64,000 nucleotides of DNA, taken from positions 102,114,001 through 102,178,000 of the forward strand of contig OZ024742.1 in NCBI GenBank assembly GCA_964016885.1. Direction: 5' to 3'. The first letter of the stretch is position 1. Each line of letters opens with the position of its first letter. Made by a program: the position numbers and the translations under genes. A model generated the notes under the pieces. It made no database searches and had not been told where the DNA came from. It saw only the letters and a program-made list of their open reading frames with translations. This DNA comes from Eledone cirrhosa (lineage: Eukaryota). Below, in pieces: positions 28,887 through 42,397 of the stretch.

Positions 28887-29317
28887 CCCAGGTTCAATCG
28901 GGGGTAACCACAGTAAGGTACTCAATATATTAGTAGAGTGTATACATCATGTTTGATATAGAAATGGCTTCTACAGGACTAGAACTATTTCATTCAAAAG
29001 AAATCATCAGGAAAGATACCAACTAGGCGCTTTAAAATATTAAGCTAAGGGAAATATGAGGTTTAATTCCTCATAGAAACGATGGTAACTTCTTTTTCCG
29101 TCTTTTAATGGTCTTCACCCTATTTCATGAACTATTTTATATCATCTCTGCACATGGACACATCATCCTTTATACTTATATATTTATATTCCCAGCTCAT
29201 CCACCCAGTAGTGAAGTGGTTCGGCATATGTCACTCCACTCAACTTCCCTACTGGATGGATGTGCATGGCTACCGGCATATCACAATGATCGAATAACTG
29301 CACCAATGACCGCGTAA

Positions 29318-29368
29318 GCACCTGACGAAGTCACATGCATAACCATGTAACAGAAATATATATAATGC
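29318..29368 (+). ncRNA. Hammerhead-like motif
   Basis: GCAC-CTGACGA-A-GTCACATG cataac CATGTAAC-A-GAAA-TATATA-TA-ATGC; some mismatches in stems I and II. Confidence 0.55.
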
Positions 29369-29411
29369 AATAGACAATTATGGTGATTTAATCTCGTTTT
29401 AACTACCATTG

Positions 29412-29795
29412 AATTGGTAGTATCGGCAGAGGGTTGGACGCCATGCTTTCTAGCATAGTTACGTCCCTTTACAGTCTGAGTTCAAATCCCGCCGAGGTTA
29501 ACTTTGCCTTTCATCCTTACGGGGTCGATAAAATAAAGTACCAGTAATGTACTGGGATAATTGCTGGCCTTGTGCCAAAAGCAGAAACAATTATTTGATA
29601 AAGATGCGGATTGGCAGTATTGGTAGAGAGTCGGATTCTATGTTTTTCAGCATAGAGTTGCGGCCCTTTATGGTCTGGCTTCGAATCCCGCCGAGGTGAA
29701 CTTTGCCTTCCATCGTTACAGGGTCGATAAAATAAAGCACTAGTAATGCAGTGGGATAATTGCTGGCCTTGTGCCAAGAGTAGAAACAATTATTT
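29412..29795 (+). mobile_element. Two tandem SINEs
   Basis: Two consecutive copies, each ending AGAAACAATTATTTGATAAAGATG. Confidence 0.88.
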
Positions 29796-30080
29796 GATAA
29801 AGATGTGATATGACTCCGTCACTCATTATCACCTACCTGGTATAAACTACTGACGTGTAGTGCTTTGGGTCGCTAGGACCGGCTTATCACCAGGAAGTTA
29901 CTACGTAACAACTAAGATAAACAACACTCTTCTGCAATATATCATGTTTAATATAGAAATGGCTTCTACAGGACTAGAATTGTTTTATTCAAAAGAAATC
30001 ATGAAGAAAGCCAACTGTCCTTGTAAAATGGTTATATTTATATGTTTTCTGGTTGTTAGGGAAGGTGGTTATTTTGGGGT

Positions 30081-30428
30081 CTGGGTAGAGGTCATTGGCC
30101 AAGGGATTTTAAAGAACAAGGATTCTTTGAAAAAGTTATTTTTAGATATACACACAACAATACAATGATACATAAAAGATAAGATTCACATTCACACTCA
30201 AGTACCCACACACATATATACACACGAACGCCCAACATTTCAGGGTTCATTTATTCTAACTAAACAAATAAATGAACCTTGAAATGTGTGGGCATTCGTG
30301 TGTATATATGTGTAGATATGTGAACCTTATCTTTTATGTGTCATTGTATTGTTGTGTATATATCTAAAAATAGATTTTTAAAAGAATCCCTGTTCTTTAA
30401 AATCCCTTGGCCAATGACCTCTACCCAG
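30081..30428. repeat. ~350-bp imperfect palindrome
   Basis: CTGGGTAGAGGTCATTGGCCAAGGGATTTTAAAGAACA... pairs with ...TGTTCTTTAAAATCCCTTGGCCAATGACCTCTACCCAG. Confidence 0.85.
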
Positions 30429-30933
30429 CCCCCCCCCCCCACACACACACACCTCAGTTTTATATAGATACATATATAGATTAAAATGTCAGGTTAACGT
30501 TTAAGCAAAGAATCGCTGCTTTCGCCTTTAACGGGATCTTCTGAAATAAAAAAAACATCAATCTGTGAACGCAGAAGTAAATATTTCGAAAAACGTTGCA
30601 AGCGAAGGAAAACAGGAAGACGATACTTTGTTTCGTGAAGACGTTTCCTGGCAATGAACGGAAAATAGCGAACATAATACGTCATCAATGTTCGTCAGAA
30701 TGTCGAAATGCAGACAGTCAGGCATACAGACAGATATTATAAGGGCGTGACGGAGATCGATAACCGGCGCCTAACACGCCTTTAACAACAGAAAATTGAA
30801 AAAAAAAAAGCTGCAGTTAATATCTTTAGACAGCAAGGAATATATAAATGCAAGTTTGAAGTCAATCGGAGTAGAAATGTGGATTTGTATAGACTTTGCA
30901 AAAATGAGGACACACACACACAGAAAACAACAG

Positions 30934-31014
<81 letters not shown>

Positions 31015-31015
<1 letters not shown>

Positions 31016-32954
31016 CACCCTGGACGCGTTCGTCGATGCCAGCCGTAGCGCAGTAAATCGTTTCGTTTCGACTTCCGCCACCGTTCCAAACGGTACAATA
31101 TCTCACGGGGCGAACTCCTCGCTCTCCGCTCCCTCCTCCGTAGCCGAGATGACATCGTCATCAAACCGGCGGACAAGGGAGGCGCCGTGGTGGTGTGGCG
31201 CGCGGACCTCTACACGGCCGAAGCCCTCAGGCAGCTCTGTAACCCCCTCTTCTACCGCCCTCTACCCTCCGATCCCACCCCCTCTACCAACAACAAGTCT
31301 CCTCCACCATCCAAGACCTTATCGCCTCCTCCCTCCTCCCCCCCACCGCTTCCCACCTCATCGTCCGCACCCCCCGCACCCCCACCATCTACTTCCTCCC
31401 CAAACTCCACAAACCCGACAACCCCGGCCGCCCCATCGTCTCCGCTTGCAACTGCCCCACCGAACTGATCTCCGCCTTTCTCGACTCCATCCTCGCCCCC
31501 CTTGTCACCACCTTCCCCTCCAACATCTCCGACACCAACCACGCCCTGCGCCTTTTCGACTCCTTCACCTACCCACCCGGCCCACAGCCCTTCCTCTTCA
31601 CCCTAGACATCAAGTTCCTCTATACCGTCATCCCCCACGCCGACGGCCTACGCGCCCTCAAACACTACCTCGACCTTCGCCCCTCCCCCATTCCCTCCAC
31701 CCCCACCCTCCTTCGCCTCGCCGAGCTGGTCCTCACCCTAAATTGTTTCTCCTTCTCGGGTGAGTTTTACCAACAGGTCATGGGGGTAGCCATGGGCACA
31801 AGAATGGGCCCGAACTATGCCAACCATTTTGTTGGCCATGTTGAGGCCCAAATCTTTGCCCAGTACACCGGTCCCACGCCCGAACTGTACGGTCGTTACA
31901 TTGACGACTGTATCGGAGCCACGACCCTCACCCGAGTACAGCTCGACTCCTTTCTCTCCTTCTTCTGCTCCTTCCACCCCTCCCTCCACTTCACCACCTC
32001 TATCTCCACCACCCACGTCCACTTCTTGGACATCTCCGTCGCCTTCGACCCCTCCCACCACTCCCTCGTCACCTCCGCCTTCTTCAAACCCACCGACTCC
32101 CACTCTTACCTCGACTTCACCTCTTCCCACCCCACCCACACTAAACACTCCATTCCCTACTCCCAACTCCTCAGGATCCGCCGCCTCTGTAGCCGAGATG
32201 CTGACTTCGAATCCCAGGCCCTTTCCCTAGTCAGCCATTTCATCCGCAGAGGTTACCCCCCCCCCCTCTCTCTCGTCCACACCGCTCTCACCCGCGCCCG
32301 TGCTGTTCACCGCTCCACCACCCTCACCCCACGCCACCGCACACCCACCCAGCGTCTCCCCTTCCCCATCACCTACCACCCATCCACCTTACCCCTCCAC
32401 CGCACCATCCACCGCCTCTTCCGACGCCTCCAGTCCGACCCCTCCACCTCCCACATCTTCCCAACCCCACCACTCCCCTCCTTCAAACGCGCACGCAATC
32501 TCCGCACCCTCCTCGTCCTCAGCTCCCTACCCCCCCCGGTTCCTTTCCCTGTTCTAGGCCCCGCTGCAACACCTGTCCCCACATCACCAACACCACCACC
32601 TTCCAGGGTCCCAACGGCCACTCTCTCTCTGTCCGGCATGCCTTCCGCTGCACCTCCTCCAACCTAGTCTACGGACTTCGCTGCATGGAGTGCAGCGCGA
32701 CTTATGTCGGACAGACGGGACGTCGCCTGGCGGACCGATTCACTGTGCACCTCCGGGATATTCGTCTCGGTGGTAGTTCCCCCATCGCCCGCCACTTTGG
32801 TGCCCCTGGACATTCCGCACGCCATCTCACAGTCTGTGGCCTACTCCAATGCCACGGAACACCCGCCAATCTCCTTAGAGTCGAACAAAGAACTATCTTC
32901 ATCTTACAGACCCACACTCCCCCCGGCCTGAACTCCCCACCCTTATTCCCTTAG
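31015..32954 (+). pseudogene. PLE reverse transcriptase + Cys-rich linker + GIY-YIG endonuclease, broken by three frameshifts
   Basis: Stitched translation gives DIVIKPADKGGAVVV, YFLPKLHKPDNPGRPIVS, LDIKFLYTVIP, GVAMGTRMGPNYAN, YGRYIDD, KPTDSHSYL, IPYSQLLRIRRLCS, PCSRPRCNTC, SSNLVYGLRCMECSATYVGQTGR, PPGLN-stop. Frame changes occur near 31065, 31293 and 32535. Confidence 0.93.
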
Positions 32955-34076
32955 CCTTCGACCGCCCCCTCCCCCCACACCTATCCCCCACTAACACCAC
33001 TAACACACCCCTTCTTTTCACCGCCCACCCCACAACTAACAATATTAACACCTCCACTTCACCCCTCATCCGACCACCCTTCCCCAACTAACATACTAAC
33101 ATCCCTCCCTTCTTCTCCCCCCCCCCTCCTTATCACACGCACACACCCACCGGCACATATATACACGCGCTCACACTAAACACACACCCTACTACCACCA
33201 CTAACCCTCACCCCCACACCTTCATCCCACCACCCCGCAACTAACCTCACTAACACCCCCTGACCCCAAGCACACGAACACACGCACCAACTTACACCAC
33301 CCACCCCACACGCAACTAACATCACTAACACCCCCAACCCCACGCACACGTACCCACACACCCTCGTACACCACCAACTCTACACACCCTACCACCACTA
33401 ACCCCCCACTCACACCCGCATTCAACCCTTTCCCCACCTCCCGTATACTAACACCCACTAACACCCCCTTCATCAAACTACACACACACCAGTACACCAC
33501 ACTCCCTCCATAGAACTACACACACCCTTCTCTCCCCGCTCCACCCACACCCTCGCTCCACACTCACTCATCCCACTAACACCTCTACTAATACACACAC
33601 ACACCCTCCTCACTCCAACTTTCACACCTACCCATTCTCGCCCCTTTACCATTCCACCCGACTGCTGCTATGCCCTCTGACCACCTCCCAGCACAAACAG
33701 ACACACAGCACTCTCACCGCTTGACCACTTCTGACCATCTCTTCATGGAATATTCGTATGTGGAACTTGACCACCACGGAATCTACTAAACATCATAGGA
33801 ATTTACCAACGTTTCAACCATCCTCTTACGGAATCACCTATATATAACTCACCCACACACACACCCAAACAAATTTTTTTTCTCCCACACGCCACCTACA
33901 CCCACAACACGCTTAAACCCCACACACACGTGCTTTCCACCACATATTTACACCCTCAGCCTCCTGATTCCTCTCCCCCCACCCCTCTATCCACACACGC
34001 ACAGACACTCTGACCTACAACCCCCCCACACACACCTCTTCCTGAACATGCAACCCCGTTCTTCCCCCAACCCTTA

Positions 34077-34156
<80 letters not shown>

Positions 34157-34473
34157 CAAACACACACGTACACCTACACACACACACCACCTTCAGCCCT
34201 CCCCGCTCGGACACCCCGTCTCCCTCTCCCCACTCCACCCGCCACCACCCCTACACACACCACACCCTTCCACCACCTGTTTTACCCCTTTTTAATTTCA
34301 GTTTATTTTGATCATGCTTTTATATTTATTTTTATTTCATTCCTTTTATTTTGATCATGCTTTATTTTTATTATTATTTTTATTTTTAATTTCATTCGCA
34401 CCGTTTCCTTTCGCTATATGTCTCTCCACCACTCCCCTACACACCCTTTGAACTCTGCTCCCACACACTTCTC

Positions 34474-34505
34474 GCCTGAGGAAGGGCTTATGCCCGAAAC
34501 GTCGT
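34474..34505 (+). ncRNA. Minimal type I hammerhead motif in the PLE 3' terminal repeat
   Basis: CTGAGGA-A-GGGC ttat GCCC-GAAA-CG-TC; palindromic minimal stem III and very short stem I, as typical of PLE minimal HHRs. Confidence 0.8.
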
Positions 34506-34612
34506 TCCCCACCACCACCCCACTCTCCAGAGCGTGAAATTAATAAACATTCGTTGTACTGCCTCTCTGTTTTGTTCCTGTTCAAATTTTTCCATTATAT
34601 ATATATATATAT

Positions 34613-35140
34613 ATAAAATATTAAACAAATAATGAATAAACAATTCCTTATATTAAACAAAAAAAGTTCATTATTTAACGATCGTTTCTAGGATATATAT
34701 GTGTTAGAATTGGTATGCATATTCAACAGATCTATGTACAAAATTATACAAAATTATACAAATTATCAAGATTACCAAACACATATATACGTCGTCTTCA
34801 GAAATTATTTCTGAAGACGGCGTATATATGTGTTTGGTATGTATATTTAATCTTGATAATTTGTATAATTTTGTATAATTTTGTACATAGATCTGTTGAA
34901 TATGCATACCAATTCTAACACATATATATCCTAGAAACGATCGTTAAATAATGAACTTTTTTTGTTTAATATAAGGAATTGTTTATTCATTATTTGTTTA
35001 ATATTTTATCTTGACTCTGTATACCGTTTATCTTTCACCGAAAGTGGTTTTTCATTACATCTCTTCTTTCCATGATATCCGGAATACATTGAGTTCTTCA
35101 TACGGATTGGACACTACCGTAAACTCTTGGTAGTTTTATC
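34613..35140 (+). mobile_element. Fold-back HHR-containing element between (TA)n tracts
   Basis: ~400-bp near-perfect palindrome 34613-35009 centred at ~34806, followed by a unique tail to (TA)n. Confidence 0.8.
34804..34952 (+). ncRNA. Hammerhead-like motif with ~115-nt stem II
   Basis: ATTATTT-CTGAAGA (34811)...GAAA (34934)-CGATCG-TT-AAATAAT; 7-bp stem I; the intervening sequence forms a long hairpin. Confidence 0.65.
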
Positions 35141-35208
<68 letters not shown>

Positions 35209-35209
<1 letters not shown>

Positions 35210-35776
35210 GTCGTTGGCGACTAAACTGGTCGTTGGCGACTAAACTGGCAACCCCACCAAGGTTTCTTGGTGAGGAGGGTGACTTTGGACATCCTGCAGG
35301 ACTAAAAACAAAACCTGTCAAAGAGCAAAGGAGCTCTTAAGAGTCAATGGCCATCCAAAATCACCGGGAGAGATGACCCCTTAGCCTTTGTCAAGGCAGA
35401 ATTCTAGGAGAAAACTCTGATATAACACCTGCAACCCTGATGGTATCCAATGATGTTGACTTGTTCTTCTTTTTGGTAAATATCATCTTGGTTAAGAGAG
35501 TGGGACTGGCTTTGTGCAGTGCCTTTCCTCACTATAAAAGCTTCACGGCACAGCAGGCATTGCTTTATATCTGGAGATCTCTCTGCACTTGTTGTCACAT
35601 GGTACCATGGGCCCAGCACTATGTGTCAATAATTGTCACAAGTGTAGTGTTTGTACCAGAGTTTTCAAGTCGCTGGCTGGACTAAAAAGTCACACTCGTT
35701 CAGCGCATCAGTAGGGGGTTCTCCTACATGGATATAAAGTAGTGGCCGTACTCGAAAACGAGTTGGCAGCCACCAT
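35209..35776 (+). mobile_element. Same family, slightly 5'-truncated
   Basis: Near-identical sequence between (TA)n tracts; 20-bp duplication at its 5' end. Confidence 0.78.
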
Positions 35777-35793
35777 ATATATATATATGTATG

Positions 35794-35855
<62 letters not shown>

Positions 35856-36153
35856 CATACATATATATATATCGTATAAGAGAACATATTCACCATTCTT
35901 ATTTAAGATAGACATAACAACCTCCCATCTCGTACTTACTCCATACTCCTTATATAACCTTCCACCGTCTTAATTATTTCATTTTGCTTTTTTTTTATTC
36001 GCAAAAAAATGAATTTTTTACCATCGTAAAGTATGTATATTTTCCTGAATATTATTTGCTGTTTATATATGTATACAAAACGGTGTTTCTCAAACGATAT
36101 ATGAATCTTTTTCACTACATATATCTTTTAAACTTACACACACACACAAACAC

Positions 36154-36184
<31 letters not shown>

Positions 36185-36287
36185 TTATATATATATATAT
36201 ACACATACACACATAGATATACATACATACATATATACATACATACATACATACATACATACATACATACATACATACATACATACA

Positions 36288-36319
<32 letters not shown>

Positions 36320-36542
36320 AAATGAAATGGCTGTATGGAACATTTTTTAAAATATATGACATATATGTGTAGGTAGGAGGAATTGAGTTTTATGTCTTTA
36401 AAATCTATATGATGCGAGAATACATAAACATAAATACGTACGCAGATATACATACGTACACACATACACATATTTGTGCAAAACATGTATTGTTATAAAT
36501 ACATATATAAATATATCTATGTAACTACATACACACACTCAC

Positions 36543-36670
<128 letters not shown>

Positions 36671-36847
36671 GATATACAGGCATAAACAATGTATAATACT
36701 TTATTCAACCAAGCGTATCTAAGGGATGATCAAATAAGAATAATATATACATACATTATGTATGTATATATGTATACATATATATATATATATATATATG
36801 TGTGCATCCATATACATATATATGTGTGTATGTGTATGTGTATGTGT

Positions 36848-36889
<42 letters not shown>

Positions 36890-37377
36890 ACACACACACA
36901 TATATGTGTAGAGAGAGGCGGTGATATATCGGAATGAAGAGTGAGAGATATCAAAATTTGATAATCACATCTAATATGGCATCCATCAATATGTTTTTCA
37001 TAGTTAGGTTTATATATTTTTTACAGTAAATCTAATACGATATATTTATCTCTAAATACAAGTATATGTTTCAATCCCTGTACTGTGGATATCTTAGACA
37101 ATATCTATAAATCCCTACCAATTTAATCCTTTTCTCACCCACCCTACCTCTTTTATGCCTCTTCTCGTTCCTCATCTCATCTTTCATTTTTCATTTCTGT
37201 TTCTCGTTCGTATTTTAATCGTCTCCTACAATATAGTAGCAGACACAGCAAAACTGAATTGTTAACAAGTTTGCTTTACAATCATTAGATCCGCGGTTTC
37301 GATATCAACTGCGTGGTATCTTCAGCAACAACACAACAACTTTATTTAACTTGCGCTACAAAATCTATAAGATGACT

Positions 37378-37700
37378 CAAGCATAGCAGAGTAGCTAAGA
37401 CGCTTGTTTCGCAATTGCTAGGTTCTAAGTCCGCAAGGGTCATTTACTACAGCTTCGGATCGACCAATATCTTGTGCGTGAAAATGTGTAGACGGAAACT
37501 GTTTGGAAGTCTATCGGATGGATTGTATCTATAATTCAAAGAGTCAGCCTTGTCACACACTGTGTCACGCTGAATCTCCCAGAGAATTACGTTAAAGATA
37601 CACGTGTATGTGGAATGCTAAGCCACTTGTATGTTAATTCCATGATCCGGCTGTTCTGCTGATCAAACAACTGGAATTCTCGTTTTCTAAACCGACGGAG
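37378..37700 (+). mobile_element. Second SINE-like family (tail fragments at ~1085-1170, 10575-10675, 18280-18372, 19381-19460, 19540-19700)
   Basis: Decayed tRNA-like head and a shared tail ACACGTGT.TGTGGAAT..CAGCCACTT..GTTAATT..CAACTGGA..CCGACGGAG. Confidence 0.6.
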
Positions 37701-37770
37701 ATCCACTCCACAATACAGTCCTTCGCTATCCTGGTACTTAGAGAATCTCGTTCCTTCTTAACCCATACTA

Positions 37771-38010
37771 CAAGAGGAGGCCAAACTCACCAAGTACCGG
37801 TCGCTCTCCGACAGGTTTGTGGTCGTACCCTTGGCAGTGGAGACTTCTGGTATCCTTAGCCCTAGGGCTACCTCCCTACTCACCACCATAGGCGCTGAGC
37901 TGGCCAGCCGCAGGTGTGAGCCTCGCGAGATGGAATGGCTCTTCCAGCGCATCTCACTTACCATCCTCCAGGGAAAAGCCTTCTCCATTCTGTCCGCCGG
38001 GGCTGTGGGA
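37771..38010 (+). mobile_element. CRE-clade non-LTR retrotransposon, restriction-like endonuclease C-terminus
   Basis: EEAKLTKYRSL..FVVVPLAVETSG..WLFQRISLTILQGKAFSIL. Confidence 0.8.
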
Positions 38011-38249
38011 CGACCAGCACGTGGGACCCCATTTGCTCACTATACATAGAAATGGGGATGGTGAGATAGATGGAGGCGATGACAGTGGGAGTTCGGCTCT
38101 TCCATGTTCGGACACATTGCACCTGTCAAGAGTGTATCTTAATACTTGTGTATTAAGAATTTTAGCAGAGAGTCATTATCACCATTAACAACACCATTAA
38201 CTGTGACAGTATACTGTCAGTTTGTCACGCTCTCCTTCTACTTGGATGT

Positions 38250-38343
<94 letters not shown>

Positions 38344-38509
38344 CACGAACAGGGAACCAGGCAAGATTTGTTGAAATTCTAAGAAACATTTATAACATAT
38401 AGTGTCTCTAATAAATGTTTAAACGCCTCTTCCTTTTTTTTTTTTACCACGGATATCCACTTTATACAAACGCGAATTAGCCAACATAAAACGGATACTT
38501 CTATTTCTT

Positions 38510-38585
<76 letters not shown>

Positions 38586-38589
38586 AGAT

Positions 38590-38775
38590 ATAATTGTTTC
38601 TACTTTTGGCACAGGGCCAACAATTACCCCCAGTGCATTACTGGTACTTTATTTTATCGACCCCGTAAGGATGAAAGGCAAAATTAACCTCGGCAGGATT
38701 TGAACCCAGATCACAAAGGGCCGTAGCTCTACGCAGCAAAACATGGCGCCTGACCCTCTACCGATACTGCCAATA
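38590..38775 (-). mobile_element. SINE (others at 39181-39350, 42050-42230, ~56840-56920)
   Basis: Reverse-complement copy. Confidence 0.85.
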
Positions 38776-39789
38776 CACAACCCTATATTATAAGATATAA
38801 TGCCCGACAGTGAAACTTAAACGATCGGGCATTATATTCTACTAGAAGTTTTTTCAACACGCCGACGTGTATGTGTATATGTGTACACGTGTATATGTGC
38901 ATATGCATACATTTATGTGTGAGTATATAAATATAAACGCGCAAACACAGACACACTTACAAAAATACACACTCACAGACATACATTCACACAAATAAAC
39001 ATACACTCACACAAACACATACATTTACTCACACATATACTCACACACAGCGAAGCAGATAGAACACCAGCCACTGTTTTGCTATAGTTTTTTCACCATT
39101 CCCACATATATTCGCACAAACACAAACACACACACATTGTGTGCCGGACGGACGGAAGTCGCTCTAATTTATATATAGATAATAATTGTTTCTACTTTTG
39201 GCACAAGGCCAGCAATTACTCAGTTCATTACTGGTACTTTATTTTATCGACCGGGTAAGGATGAAAGGCAAAATTAACCTCGGCGGGATTTGAACTCAGA
39301 TCGTAAAGGGACGTAACTATGCTGGACGTAACTAACCGATACTGCCAATTCACATCTACATTCTACCTTCCTTAAGTATAGACTAAGTTGAATAACTGTC
39401 TTGTTGATCTTAACTAGAAACATCCATTTTAAACGATTTTTATCGAACAAAAATTCAGATATTAAAATGTATTGTATTATTTTAGACATAAATGATCATA
39501 GAAAAAAATGGTGTCGCGTTGAACAGCGATTGCCGGATGTTTACAACTATCCCACCCACGTCTATTACCCATAATTCATAGTTACTTTTTTTTACAATTT
39601 CTAGAATAATGTCAATATTTATATCAATAAAGTAAACTATGCAAGCATATTTTTATTCAACAAATTTCAATTGGATTATGTAATGTTTACACAAAAAAGA
39701 GAAAAACAAAGAGAAAAAATTTAAATAACAAAAGTAAGGGGAAAGAGGGGCGACAGACTCCACACTCTCGTCTGGGCAGTACTGTATGT

Positions 39790-40240
39790 CTCTGTTGTGC
39801 GTGGGCAAAATATCGAAGGTATGGCCGTGGAGAAGAGCTAGTGAAACTCGCTGCAACAGCCTCTCTAACTCACGAGGCCCTTTTCTCAGGAGGGATGCAC
39901 CCCTCCCAATTAGGCCGAGGAAAACGGTAGTTTGAAGATCGAGGACACTCGAGATCTCGACAGCGACTGGTACGAAAAGAGAAGCGGTCGGTCAAGTCCT
40001 GGTAATTAGCTATCTTCTTCTCCCCGTCGTTATGGGTGCCAATGCCTGGGTTTGTGGCCTAAGCAACAAGGTGGTGGCGGAGAATGCGTCCCAGCAGGTG
40101 ACATTACAGATTAGACATTTATCTCCCTCGAACGGGGCATTTAACATCACCATGGTCAAGGACGGTATGCTCCAGTTGTAAATAGAAACCGGCCGCGTCA
40201 GGGCTCTTTCTGATGGCGCCGTTCAAAGCGGCGAGTCGAG
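39790..40240 (-). mobile_element. Decayed CRE-clade endonuclease fragment
   Basis: Minus translation: AALNGAIRK..AG..LE, PFEGDKCLICNVTC, EKKIANYQDL, FVPVAVEIS, LLQRVSLALLHG; frameshifted. Confidence 0.72.
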
Positions 40241-40949
40241 GGAACAGATCTGTACCTTAAATATACATCCAAGCTTATATATAGCTTGTGTATAGTACAC
40301 GTGTAGAATCGTTAGAACATTAGACAAAATGTTTTGCGGCATTTGTTCCGGTATTTGTCTTGGCATTTTACTGAGTTCCAATCGTGTCGCTGCCAACTTT
40401 TCCTCTCATCATTTCAGGGTCAATAAATAAAATACTGCGGTCAATATAATCAATTTACTCTCACTCCAAATTGATGGTCTTGTGCTTAAATTAAAAAGGT
40501 TACTAAAGTTTCCATGAGCTTGACTGGTCACACTTGGGGATCCAGCTGGATGAGTTGGGGACGGTTGCTTCTGATAGGACTCGCTGGAAGGAGTGTTTGA
40601 TGACTTTGCCCCCCCCCCCCCCCCCCGACCCTCTCAGGAATATGTAGGGAAGAAGAAGATTAAAGTTGGTGTTGTTAAACGGTATTGATGTGATATATTT
40701 AATTGTGCTTTCTATGGTAAAGGAAGTGCTGCCCCGACCCCAGTATATTTGTTAAAAGGTGGGTGAATGTAGCGAGGATGGATCTAGGGAATAGGCCTAA
40801 ACGAGTGCCTGTTAGCTGGAGAGGGGTGAGGGTCACTGTCCTAGGGTCCTTATGGCGATCAAAGTGGTTTCAGATCTGTGCCCAAAGAAGAAACAGTTGA
40901 GGAAAGAGAGAGGGAAGGAGAGAGTGTGACAAACTCTACACCGAAGTTG

Positions 40950-41230
40950 GGGCGGTATTGCGGTTGCGCCCCGCTGCAACAGCCACCTCACCCCGCGGCG
41001 TTCTTTCTTCAGACGGGCTACTGATGTTCCGATCTTACGGAGTAGCTCGGCTGTACGGGTTCCAAGGAAGCAGTCGGACAAGCCCCGATATTTGCTTGTC
41101 TTCCTGTCCTCGGCATTGCGGCCGCTGTACAGGTGTTTGTAGCCGAAGCGACTAAATTGGAAGCGGAGAACGTGTCGGCATGTGGCGTCTCAGATGAGGG
41201 GTTTACCTCCTTCGAATGGGAAGAAGGTAT
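40950..41230 (-). mobile_element. Decayed CRE-clade endonuclease fragment
   Basis: Minus translation: FPFEGGKPLI*DATC ... LGTRTAELLRKIG..WLLQR. Confidence 0.65.
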
Positions 41231-41327
41231 TTTCTATACATTCCGTGTATAAGATGCGGAAGATTTTGACATCAAACTTTGGGGTTAAAGGAAAACAATC
41301 CCGCGGTATACACGAGAAAAAAAGGTG

Positions 41328-41465
<138 letters not shown>

Positions 41466-41658
41466 CATTAGTCCATGACTACTGATTGAATTGTAGGAAA
41501 GTGTTGGGTATTTTAATACATGGCAGAGAAATGGAGAGAGAGAGAGGGGGGATATATATATATAGAGAGAGAGAGACAGAGAGAGAGACAGAAAGAGACA
41601 GAGAGAGAGGGTGGAGAGGGAGAGAGAGAGAGGAGGGAGGGAGAGAGAGGGAGGTAGG

Positions 41659-41712
<54 letters not shown>

Positions 41713-41996
41713 CGCTCCCTGTTCTGATACTATATTTAAGTTAAACTTGCCATAATTTAAACTCAGAGCGCAAAGAAAGAAACGAATACAACGAAGCATT
41801 CAATCCGACATTCATGGCTGAAAAGTTCATAGGCTGACCAAGATACTCTCATGGAATGACCAAATGAGGTTTATTTTTCCACATAGTCCCTGGAAAGAAG
41901 AAACAAGGCAGTTATTAATAAGAGTTGAAATTAATGCATAAAATATTTCACAGCTCTAGCACCACTCCTTCATAGATAGCTTATGAACTTTTCAGC

Positions 41997-42039
<43 letters not shown>

Positions 42040-42397
42040 ATTAATAAATATATTGTTTCTACTTTTGGCACAAGGCCAGCAATTACCCAGTGCATTACTG
42101 GTCCTTTATTTTATCGACCCTGTAAGGATGAAAGGCAAAGTTAACCTCGGCGGGATTTGAACTCTGAATGGCAAGGGCCGTAACTCTATGCGTCAAAGCA
42201 TGGCGTCCAACTCTCTACCGATACTGCCAACAAACAAAACACAGGAGGCAATTTTACACAGTTATATTATGGAGGAGATTTCAACGTTTCAGACAGAAGT
42301 ACTTCTTCAGGAAAGTTCGGATAAGGGGAGAACAGATACACGTATGAGTAGTGTGAGAAAGGTAAGGAAGGAAGTTAATATATATATATGTTAATAT

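Larger units (their letters stand above)
31015..34594 (+). mobile_element. Penelope-like retroelement (Neptune-type), 5'-truncated, inserted in (TA)n
   Basis: Contains RT and GIY-YIG coding segments, a ~1.5-kb C/A-rich 3' region, an HHR at 34474-34505, then AATAAA (~34542). (TA)n tracts lie on both sides. Confidence 0.95.

Noticed and set aside
38787-39180. Helitron-like hairpin + CTAG and a TCTATATATAAA-type end
   Set aside because: The two ends point in inconsistent orientations, so I could not define one element.
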